Source: a virus. From it: a stretch of DNA of 10,400 nt. Below the pieces are notes generated by a model that ran no database searches, was not told where the DNA came from, and was given only the letters and a program-made list of their open reading frames with translations. The translations under genes and the position numbers were made by a program. The stretch lies in UHGV virus genome UHGV-0037186. The stretch is one strand, 5' to 3'. Positions 1 to 6,409 of the stretch are shown in pieces (position 1 is the first letter of the stretch; each line of letters opens with the position of its first letter).

Positions 1-26
1 GCGGAGACGATAAATAAGTAATAAAG

Positions 27-52
27 AAAAACCCGCCATTTGGCGGGTTTTA
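27..52. terminator. Intrinsic (rho-independent) terminator hairpin, symmetric so potentially bidirectional
   Basis: A-tract (27-31), stem CCCGCC (32-37) pairing with GGCGGG (42-47), 4-nt loop ATTT, then T-tract (48-51). Overlaps the stop codon (50-52, minus strand TAA) of the minus-strand ORF 50..610. Confidence 0.7.
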
Positions 53-610
53 TGCGCAAATTTTTTCGCAGTCTTGCGAGTGACTGAGTGAGCGAGTAAC
101 TCTCTCCACCTCATGAATGTCGCCCAACGATCTTATACGCAGGGCAAGATTCCACGTACTCAATGTGCGCGCGTTACGCACCAGTTCTTCCCGTGCTTTT
201 TCGTCTTTGCTGTCAAGACGACCGCAGTCGTTCAACCATTTAGCGACTTCCGCCCAGTCCCAGAGTGGAGACTGACCGCTGATACGCTGAACAGGGCAAG
301 GAAAATCACCTTTGCCACGTAATCCGTCTTTAAGCAGAGTAATAGCCTGGCGCGTTAAGCCAGAGAGTTGAGCAATATCGCTCAAGCCTACCAGTGCTGA
401 ATCTACCGATTCCACCACTGCGCCAATGCCTGCTGTTTCAATATCAAGGATTGCCGATTCGATTGCTTCATCTAAAGATTTAGCTTCTCGGTCAAATTCT
501 ACATACACTGAGTTTCCGTAGTAGCAAATGAGCGCATCATCGCAACCGTGGCTATACAGAGCATCTGCGACTACGCAGTACTGACTACAGGTTATCAGAA
601 TTATCCCCAT
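50..610 (-). CDS. Hypothetical protein, 186 aa; Cys-rich N-terminus (CxxxC ... CxxxxC) and HTH-like C-terminal segment (DIAQLSGLTRQAITLL ... WDWAEVAKWL); possible DNA-binding regulator
   Basis: Long uninterrupted minus-strand ORF ending exactly at the terminator hairpin 27-52. Protein-like composition. No recognisable Shine-Dalgarno upstream of the ATG at 608-610, so the start is uncertain. Function inferred only from motif-level resemblance. Confidence 0.5.
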   Translation of the reverse strand: MGIILITCSQYCVVADALYSHGCDDALICYYGNSVYVEFDREAKSLDEAIESAILDIETAGIGAVVESVDSALVGLSDIAQLSGLTRQAITLLKDGLRGKGDFPCPVQRISGQSPLWDWAEVAKWLNDCGRLDSKDEKAREELVRNARTLSTWNLALRIRSLGDIHEVERVTRSLSHSQDCEKICA

Positions 611-687
611 TTACATCAGCTTATCTACGTCAGCCCTCAAGTTCTTCAGCAAGCCAGCTCCACCGCCTGATTCCAACATGATAAAAT

Positions 688-711
688 TGATATACGAAAA
701 TAAGTATATAG
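688..711. promoter_or_regulatory. Inverted repeat in the divergent intergenic region (candidate operator)
   Basis: TGATATAC (688-695), 8-nt spacer, GTATATAG (704-711); arms are reverse complements at 7 of 8 positions (core ATATAC/GTATAT perfect). Lies between the minus-strand ORF start (610) and the plus-strand ATG at 720. Confidence 0.3.
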
Positions 712-719
712 ATAACATT

Positions 720-1151
720 ATGAGCGCCGATATCTACGAAAAAATCATGTCCGATCTGGAGTTCGACCGCGACAATCTGGAGGAAGTCTGGCGTCAGCAA
801 CCGCGTCTGTTGATGGAGTATGGCTCTAAGCTGGCACGGGCAGAACGTGAGGTTGCAGATGCAAAACTATCTCTCGACGCGATCGAGGCAAAAATCTATG
901 ACAACGAGCGTAAGAGCTTGAGTATGAATGGAATTAAGTTTAATGAATCCGTACTGGAAGCGAAGGTTAGAACCAACCCGCAATACCTCGCAAAGCGCCA
1001 GAAACTCGACGATGCTCGACACATTGCAGACCTGTACAAGCACGCTGTAGCCGCCTTCTCCCACCGCCGCGATATGATTGTCCAGGCGTCGAAGATGGCT
1101 ATCGTAGAGATAGAGCGTCTGGGGGCCGAACGATTCCATTTACCCCGTTAA
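720..1151 (+). CDS. Hypothetical small, predicted helix-rich protein (~143 aa); possible UvsY-like recombination mediator
   Basis: ORF in the track runs 678..1151. I prefer the in-frame ATG at 720 because the inverted repeat 688-711 would otherwise sit inside the coding sequence; neither start has a clear SD. The UvsY-like call is a from-memory pattern resemblance to T4 UvsY and the genomic context (next to gp32-like SSB and RecA-like genes), not a verified alignment. Confidence 0.5.
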   Translation: MSADIYEKIMSDLEFDRDNLEEVWRQQPRLLMEYGSKLARAEREVADAKLSLDAIEAKIYDNERKSLSMNGIKFNESVLEAKVRTNPQYLAKRQKLDDARHIADLYKHAVAAFSHRRDMIVQASKMAIVEIERLGAERFHLPR

Positions 1152-1270
1152 TTTATGCTAGATAGTAAGTAAGTACTGATCTATCATTCTTCTCGCTCGA
1201 AAGAGCCACGAACAAACGAACGCCCAATGCGCATAGCGCCAATGGCCACAATCACAACAAGGAGAAATAC

Positions 1271-2287
1271 ATGTCTAAGTCATTACTTGATCTGCTTAAC
1301 AAGACCCGTGGCGATATTGCTTCCAAACGTGGCAATAACATTGATTTGACCCGTCTGAAAGATGGCAATAACTATCTGCGCATTTTTCCGAACAAGGACG
1401 ATCCGAATGGCGTGTTCTTCCAGACTTTCGGTATGCACTACGTTAAGCATCAGAATGAGGAAGGCAAAGATGTAACCACCGCCTATATCTGCGAACAACA
1501 CACCCACGGCCACGCTTGCCAGCTGTGTGAGATGGTTATGGAAGGTCGCGCTCGCTTTAAGGGCAACAAAGCGATGGAAGAGCGCATTAATAGTATGCGT
1601 GCTACGCCGCGTTATCTGGTCAACGGTGTTCTGTCTGCGCGTGAAGACTTTGCGGACGCAGAGAAATGCCAGCTGATTGAGCTGCCGTCTACGGTCTTCG
1701 ACGATATCTGCAAAGTGATGTCCGAAGATATTGCGGACGATATTGGCAACCCACTGAGCAAAGAAGAAGGCTATGCGTTCCTGATTAAACGCACCGGTTC
1801 CGGTCGTGACACCAAGTACGACGTATCCCCGAAACGTAAAGTCTACAAAGGCGACATTCCTGAGAAGCTCTGGACTACCCAACACGATCTGATCGCATAT
1901 GCGAACCAGGCTGACGAAACTCGTTTGCTGTCCACGACTCGCACTATGGGTCGTCTGATTGGTATTGCGGCTCCGGCAGCAACTATGTCCTCACCAGCCA
2001 TTTCTTCCGCTGCAAAATCAGCCGCAGCTGGACTGCCAGGCTTTGGCTCTATCACTGGTCATACGGAAGGCGCAGCTGCTGTCGCTACAGCACATACTCC
2101 GGCGCCAGAGTCCACCAGCCTGGTTGATGAAGAGATCCTGCGTGCCGCTGAAGCTGAGTTCAAACCGGAAGAAGCGAAAGCTCCGGAAGCCACCGAAGCC
2201 GCAAGTGCTTCAGCATCTGCTGCCGCTGCATCTGTACCAGCTGATGAAGGTCTCGATGACCTGCTGGCTGAACTGGACGCTCTGTAA
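1271..2287 (+). CDS. Single-stranded DNA-binding protein, phage T4 gp32-like (Zn-binding core, low-complexity linker, acidic C-terminal tip)
   Basis: Strong SD AAGGAG (1259-1264) 6 nt before ATG 1271. N-terminal region resembles gp32 (LRIFPNKDDPNGVFF; Cys/His cluster CEQHTHGHACQLCE consistent with a Zn site). C-terminal ~120 aa is Ala/Ser/Pro/Thr-rich and ends in the acidic tip DEGLDDLLAELDAL typical of SSB interaction tails. Followed by a terminator. Confidence 0.75.
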   Translation: MSKSLLDLLNKTRGDIASKRGNNIDLTRLKDGNNYLRIFPNKDDPNGVFFQTFGMHYVKHQNEEGKDVTTAYICEQHTHGHACQLCEMVMEGRARFKGNKAMEERINSMRATPRYLVNGVLSAREDFADAEKCQLIELPSTVFDDICKVMSEDIADDIGNPLSKEEGYAFLIKRTGSGRDTKYDVSPKRKVYKGDIPEKLWTTQHDLIAYANQADETRLLSTTRTMGRLIGIAAPAATMSSPAISSAAKSAAAGLPGFGSITGHTEGAAAVATAHTPAPESTSLVDEEILRAAEAEFKPEEAKAPEATEAASASASAAAASVPADEGLDDLLAELDAL

Positions 2288-2304
2288 TCCCATAACGTAA
2301 CCAG

Positions 2305-2333
2305 TAAGGCGTCTGCGGACGCCTTACTTTTTG
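2305..2333 (+). terminator. Intrinsic terminator after the SSB gene
   Basis: Stem TAAGGCGTC (2305-2313) / GACGCCTTA (2318-2326), loop TGCG, followed by CTTTTTGG. The T-tract runs directly into the SD (GGAAGGAG 2333-2340) of the next gene, suggesting partial termination or attenuation. Confidence 0.75.
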
Positions 2334-2347
2334 GAAGGAGTGTACCG

Positions 2348-3292
2348 GTGAATTATCTCTTTGTGGACGGTAACAGCCTGGGCTATTACCACCAGCAATC
2401 CGACAAATTACACAACGGCGAGATGGAAGTTCAGGCGGCTTTTGGCTTCGTGAAGAACGTTCGTCGTTACGCCTCAATTCTCCATGCCCGGCCAATGATC
2501 TTGTGGGATGGATTCAGCGACAAACGTCGCGACTTCTACCCGGAGTACAAAGCGAACCGCGACGACGACCCGGACATGAAGAAGATGAAAGAAGGCTTTG
2601 CCATCCAGAAGCCGTACATCTTGAAAATGATGACCGCGCTGGGCGTTAACCAACTCATTGCAAAGGACGCAGAAGCGGATGACCTGGCTGGAATGCTGGT
2701 CTCTCGTCTGGCTCCGCAGCCGACCGTCGATCACATCTACCTGCTGACTGGCGATGGCGACTGGCTCCAGCTTGTTCGTGAGAACGTGAGCTGGATAAGC
2801 CTGCGTGAAGACGCCAAGCACAAGCAGGTGAACTTCGAACAGTTCGCAGAGCTGACCGGTCTGCCGACCCCACGCGCGTTTCTGGAAGCGAAAGCGTTGC
2901 AGGGCGATAACTCGGACAACATCAAAGGCGTAGGTGGCATTGGTGATGGTGGCGCGAAAGAGCTGCTTCATGAATGGGGAAGCGTGGCCGCAATGGTACG
3001 CGGCATTAACGACGGTTCCATTGTCATCAACAAAGGTCGCTATAAGACGGCATTCAACAAGCTGGCAAAGAACGCCTTCAACGAGAAGACGGGCTGCCGG
3101 ATGCTCGAAGCCTTTAAGCGCAACATGATGCTGATGAACCTTATCGACACAAAATTCCCACCCAGCGAAATCGAGTCGATTAAAGGCGCACGCGATATGA
3201 GCGCCTTTGAACAGATGTGTTACGAGCTGAATTTCCGTTCGTTTCTGGAAGATCTGGAAGTGTTTGTTCTGCCGTTTGAGAGGTATTGCTGA
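2348..3292 (+). CDS. 5'-3' exonuclease / flap endonuclease (FEN; Pol I 5'-nuclease / T5 D15 / T4 RNase H family)
   Basis: GTG start at 2348 preceded by strong SD GGAAGGAG. Hallmark motifs present: N-terminal LFVDGNSL, acidic clusters (AEADD, LLTGDGDW) and the helix-3-turn-helix DNA-binding motif GDNSDNIKGVGGIGDGGAKELL. Confidence 0.85.
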   Translation: MNYLFVDGNSLGYYHQQSDKLHNGEMEVQAAFGFVKNVRRYASILHARPMILWDGFSDKRRDFYPEYKANRDDDPDMKKMKEGFAIQKPYILKMMTALGVNQLIAKDAEADDLAGMLVSRLAPQPTVDHIYLLTGDGDWLQLVRENVSWISLREDAKHKQVNFEQFAELTGLPTPRAFLEAKALQGDNSDNIKGVGGIGDGGAKELLHEWGSVAAMVRGINDGSIVINKGRYKTAFNKLAKNAFNEKTGCRMLEAFKRNMMLMNLIDTKFPPSEIESIKGARDMSAFEQMCYELNFRSFLEDLEVFVLPFERYC

Positions 3293-3558
3293 TGCTGAAA
3301 TCCATCATTAATGGCGGGGCAACTACGCCAACCATGCTGGCAAAGGAGATTGTTTTCTGCCACGGCGAGCACGCTGTGGTAGCGCTGCCGAACATTCTGG
3401 GCGCTGCTGGCATTTCTGCTACTGAGCGTGAGTTCGCGCTGGTCAGTGAGCAGGTCGTGAAGATCATCGCTCGCGTCGCCAAACACCTGAACCACGACGC
3501 AATCAAGTTTGACGAAGCCGCTGCTTCGAAGCGAATCAACGAATCAAAAGGAGCCTAA
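3292..3558 (+). CDS. Hypothetical protein (~88 aa), unknown function
   Basis: ATG at 3292 overlaps the TGA stop of the upstream FEN gene (TGATG), with GAGAGG upstream, suggesting translational coupling. The track's TTG start at 3286 is unlikely. Ends 2 nt before the recA-like gene, whose SD lies in its 3' end. Confidence 0.55.
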   Translation: MLKSIINGGATTPTMLAKEIVFCHGEHAVVALPNILGAAGISATEREFALVSEQVVKIIARVAKHLNHDAIKFDEAAASKRINESKGA

Positions 3559-3560
3559 TC

Positions 3561-5900
3561 ATGGCAAAAGGCAAATCCGCACTGGCACTGGCGCTGAAAA
3601 AGAAAATCGGCAGCAATGACGAGATTCAGAAGGTCTCCCACTGGATTGACTCCGGTTTCCCTCCACTGAACAAAGCCATTTCCGGACGTTACGACGGTGG
3701 TTTTCCGTGTGGGCGTATCGTTGAAGTCTTCGGGCCACCAAGCGCGGGGAAATGTGTTACCGCAGACACCATGCTGCTGACGGAGCGTGGAATGGTAACA
3801 GTGAAAGAACTGTTTGAGATTGAGGGGCACAAAGCAACATGCACTACTCGCGATGTAGAGCATAACGTTGGACTCATCAATGAAAATGGCGTGATAGAGA
3901 AAACCTCACACCTGACATGGAACAACCGTCGCAAATTCAAGCGCATTAAGCTGGCATCAGGGGGTTACATCGAGGCTACGTTCCGTCACCCAATTCGTGT
4001 GGTTGACGACTTAGGCAATATCGTCTGGCGGTATGCTGAAAAAATCAGTGTAGGCGACACGATTCCTTCAATGGTTGGCACACATCAATTCGGCGATCAG
4101 CACTTGGATGCCAATATCGCAAAACTGATGGGCTATTTAATTGCTGACGGATACGTGGCCTCTGAAAATTCTGTGCATTTTTCTAACACAGATCCATTCA
4201 TCAAGGATGAGTACTACCGCCTCATTTCGCTGGTATCAGACAAGATGCCAGTTACGAGAAAACATAACGGCTCGGAAGACCATGTGCTGTTTAGCAAAGA
4301 GGTGCGTTCGCTGCTTTTTAAAGAATATGGTCTGGAGTATGAGAAAGCTGCTGGCAAGCAGGTTCCGTTGAGTGTGCGTCGCGCCAATAGCGAGGCTCAA
4401 ATTGCATTCCTTCGCGGCTACTTTGAGCTGGAATGCCACGTCAATGATGGTCGCTGCATTGAGGTTGTGAGCGCGAGTGGGCTGCTGCTACAGCAAATTC
4501 GCCTCATGCTCCTGAATCTGGGGATTACGTCAACTATCTCTGAAAAACACGTCGCAGGTTATAAAAACATATATTACCGGCTGTCATTCAGTGGCTCTAA
4601 CTACGACCTTTTCCTGTCAACGATTGGGTTCGAGTCTCCGGCTCGTTTAGCAGTGGCAACCAAACGGGACATTAGTTTTGACCGCACTTATTTAGGCTAC
4701 GTTCCGCACATCAGCGGCTTAGTGAAATCACTCTACGAGTCACTCACCAAGACCTCTCGTAAAGACTACGTTCTGGTAGATCACGTTATTGGCCGCGGCG
4801 ATCGTGTCGGAATAGACAAACTGCGAGAAATCTATGTCTCCTTCATTGGCAGAAAGAATCGTTTTAACGAGCATCTGTTTGCACAACTGGCAGCGGTAAT
4901 TGACTCTAACTTGTTCTACGACGAAGTCGTGGCTATTGAGGAAGGTGAAGCACCAACGTTCGACGTAGCGATGCCGGAAACACACTCTTTCTGGTCTAAC
5001 GGGATTATCAGCCACAACACATTCCTCGCGACGGCTGCGATGGTGTCAGCACAAAAACAGGATGGTCTGGCCGTATTCCTTGACCACGAAAACAGTTTCG
5101 ACGTTGGTCTGGCGGTAGCGAACGGACTGAACGCCGACGAAGACGACGGTCAGTGGGTCTACAAACAGCCGGATACCTTCGAAGACTCCGTAGAGCTGAT
5201 CGGCACAATCCTCAAGCTGGTGCGCGACGAAGAGCTTATTCCGGAAACAGCCCCTATCTGCATCGTAGCCGACTCTCTGGCGTCGATGGTTCCGAACTCG
5301 AAGGCTGAGAAGTTCGACAAGATGGCAGAAGGCACTGCGAAGGACAAAGATCAGCTGAACATGAACGACAACACGGCGCTGGCGCGCGCGACAAGTGCGA
5401 ACTTCCCTACTCTGGCGCTTTGGGCGCGTAAGTACAACGCGTGCATCATCTTCTTGAACCAGGTGCGTACCAAAATTGGTGTGATGTTTGGCGATCCGAC
5501 TACGTCTCCGGGTGGCGACTCTCCGAAGTTCTACGCGTCGGTGCGCATCCGTCTGGGTGCATCCGTCATGAAGGATGGCAAAGAGAAGATCGGACAGGAC
5601 GTTGGCGCCGAGTGCATTAAAAACAAAGTCGCACCTCCGTTTGGCAAATGCTCATGGAAATTCTACTTCGACCCGACTCGCGGGCTGGACGTCGTCGAGT
5701 CTCTGGTTGAATACATGCTGGAGGAAGGATACCTGCCCAAGAGCGCCAGCGGGCGTGTGGAAATTGGCGAGAAGAAATACACCAAATCACAGATCGTCGA
5801 GATGTACCGGGAGAAGCCATTAGCTGAAATCATTGCTGCGTTACAGGCAATAGATGACAGGCGCGAGAAGACATCACCGACAGATGAATTAGAAGATTAA
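3561..5900 (+). CDS. recA: RecA-family recombinase precursor (779 aa) containing an in-frame intein; predicted mature RecA ~357 aa
   Basis: SD AAAGGAG (3547-3553) 7 nt before ATG. N-extein ends GRIVEVFGPPSAGK (compare E. coli RecA GRIVEIYGPESSGKT). C-extein resumes with T and carries RecA-typical segments (FLNQVRTKIGVMFGDPTTSPGGDSPKFYASVRIRLG, compare E. coli [35 protein letters not shown]). Closer to bacterial RecA than to T4 UvsX, by recall. Followed by a terminator. Confidence 0.9.
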   Translation: MAKGKSALALALKKKIGSNDEIQKVSHWIDSGFPPLNKAISGRYDGGFPCGRIVEVFGPPSAGKCVTADTMLLTERGMVTVKELFEIEGHKATCTTRDVEHNVGLINENGVIEKTSHLTWNNRRKFKRIKLASGGYIEATFRHPIRVVDDLGNIVWRYAEKISVGDTIPSMVGTHQFGDQHLDANIAKLMGYLIADGYVASENSVHFSNTDPFIKDEYYRLISLVSDKMPVTRKHNGSEDHVLFSKEVRSLLFKEYGLEYEKAAGKQVPLSVRRANSEAQIAFLRGYFELECHVNDGRCIEVVSASGLLLQQIRLMLLNLGITSTISEKHVAGYKNIYYRLSFSGSNYDLFLSTIGFESPARLAVATKRDISFDRTYLGYVPHISGLVKSLYESLTKTSRKDYVLVDHVIGRGDRVGIDKLREIYVSFIGRKNRFNEHLFAQLAAVIDSNLFYDEVVAIEEGEAPTFDVAMPETHSFWSNGIISHNTFLATAAMVSAQKQDGLAVFLDHENSFDVGLAVANGLNADEDDGQWVYKQPDTFEDSVELIGTILKLVRDEELIPETAPICIVADSLASMVPNSKAEKFDKMAEGTAKDKDQLNMNDNTALARATSANFPTLALWARKYNACIIFLNQVRTKIGVMFGDPTTSPGGDSPKFYASVRIRLGASVMKDGKEKIGQDVGAECIKNKVAPPFGKCSWKFYFDPTRGLDVVESLVEYMLEEGYLPKSASGRVEIGEKKYTKSQIVEMYREKPLAEIIAALQAIDDRREKTSPTDELED
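3753..5018 (+). mobile_element. Intein (422 aa) with LAGLIDADG homing-endonuclease domain, inserted in the Walker A P-loop of the RecA-family gene
   Basis: Starts with Cys (codon 65, TGT 3753-3755) immediately after GPPSAGK. Ends ...GIISHN (His-Asn, codons 485-486) followed by Thr+1 (the Walker A Thr). Block B-like T-x-x-H (ATFRHPI). LAGLIDADG motifs LMGYLIADGYV (~4124-4156) and FLRGYFELECHV (~4407-4442). Length is a multiple of 3 (1266 nt) and in-frame. Confidence 0.85.
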
Positions 5901-5905
5901 TTTTC

Positions 5906-5930
5906 AGGCGTCCGAATGGACGCCTTTATA
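5906..5930 (+). terminator. Intrinsic terminator after the recA-like gene
   Basis: Stem AGGCGTCC (5906-5913) / GGACGCCT (5918-5925), loop GAAT, followed by TTTATA. Stem sequence is closely related to the SSB terminator stem. Confidence 0.7.
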
Positions 5931-5990
5931 CCTTGAAAATATATAAGCACTTACTTACCATCTACACACAATAGCCACATAGGAAAACAC

Positions 5991-6191
5991 ATGATCAAAC
6001 TCTATCTGATGGCAGTGGCTACAGGTATATCTGTAGTTTTCATCTACTGTTTGCTGGTTCCGTCGCTGATCTCGGCTAAAAGCAATATTGCCGTAATGCT
6101 TGGAATCATTGTTGCTTTTGGCGCTCCTGTTATCGGCTTTAATGTTGGTCGTAACTTTCTGAAGTCACTAATTAATTCGAAGGGGAAGTAA
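5991..6191 (+). CDS. Small hydrophobic membrane protein (66 aa, two predicted TM helices)
   Basis: AGGA (5981-5984) 6 nt before ATG. Two long hydrophobic stretches (LYLMAVATGISVVFIYCLLVPSLI and IAVMLGIIVAFGAPVIGF) with a basic C-terminus. Its stop overlaps the SD region of the next gene. Confidence 0.5.
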   Translation: MIKLYLMAVATGISVVFIYCLLVPSLISAKSNIAVMLGIIVAFGAPVIGFNVGRNFLKSLINSKGK

Positions 6192-6194
6192 GTA

Positions 6195-6386
6195 ATGAAG
6201 AAAGGTTTACTGGCAGTGATCGTGGCTGCTGTTTGCACAATGGGTCTTACAGGCTGCGATCGTGTTGAGCCTGGGTACGTTGGCATCAAAGTAAACAAAT
6301 TGGGTGAAGACAAAGGTATCGGTGAAGTTGTCGGCGTTGGCCGTCAGTGGACTGGTCTGAATACCGAGCTGTACACCTCTCTTTAA
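6195..6386 (+). CDS. Small lipoprotein (63 aa); possibly a truncated N-terminal fragment of an SPFH/band-7-type lipoprotein
   Basis: SD AAGGGGA 7 nt before ATG. Signal peptide MKKGLLAVIVAAVCTMG plus lipobox L-T-G-C. The mature part (VEPGYVGIKVNKLGEDKGIGEVV...) resembles the start of an SPFH domain, but the ORF stops after ~40 residues of it. Confidence 0.55.
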   Translation: MKKGLLAVIVAAVCTMGLTGCDRVEPGYVGIKVNKLGEDKGIGEVVGVGRQWTGLNTELYTSL

Positions 6387-6409
6387 GTCATCTTAAATGA
6401 CTCTGAGGT

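Noticed and set aside
113-322. 69-aa plus-strand ORF overlapping the minus-strand 186-aa ORF
   Set aside because: Much shorter than the opposing ORF, no SD, and the minus-strand ORF ends precisely at a terminator; judged a shadow ORF, though this was not proven.
678-719. ATG at 678 as the start of the first plus-strand gene
   Set aside because: Not excluded, but it would place the inverted repeat 688-711 inside the coding region, and neither start has an SD; ATG 720 was preferred with low certainty.
1283-1885. 200-aa minus-strand ORF lying entirely inside the SSB gene
   Set aside because: Antisense to a gene with clear SD, motifs and terminator; no ribosome-binding site; likely a chance open frame in a GC-richer coding region.
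2113-2120. Chi site (GCTGGTGG) on the minus strand inside the SSB gene
   Set aside because: A single occurrence in 10.4 kb is compatible with chance; no evidence of enrichment or orientation bias.
1959-2300. 113-aa plus-strand alternative-frame ORF within the 3' part of the SSB gene
   Set aside because: The SSB reading frame continues uninterrupted through this region to a characteristic acidic C-terminal tip; the alternative frame gives a Leu/Gln/Pro-rich product with no start signals.
2474-2971. 165-aa minus-strand ORF (plus shorter ones at 2655-2873 and 2737-2940) inside the FEN gene
   Set aside because: Antisense to a well-supported exonuclease gene; low-complexity Arg/Ser/Ala-rich translations typical of spurious frames.
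3286-3291. TTG start for the small ORF at 3286
   Set aside because: ATG at 3292 overlapping the upstream TGA (TGATG) is the more conventional coupled start.
3180-3946. Several minus-strand ORFs (3180-3539, 3220-3495, 3555-3863, 3689-3946) overlapping the small ORF and the 5' part of the recA-like gene
   Set aside because: Antisense to strongly supported plus-strand genes; no start-site signals; Ser/Arg-rich shadow-frame composition.
6044-6313. 89-aa minus-strand ORF overlapping the two small plus-strand genes
   Set aside because: The plus-strand ORFs have SDs, a textbook lipoprotein signal and TM segments; the minus-strand frame has no start signals.
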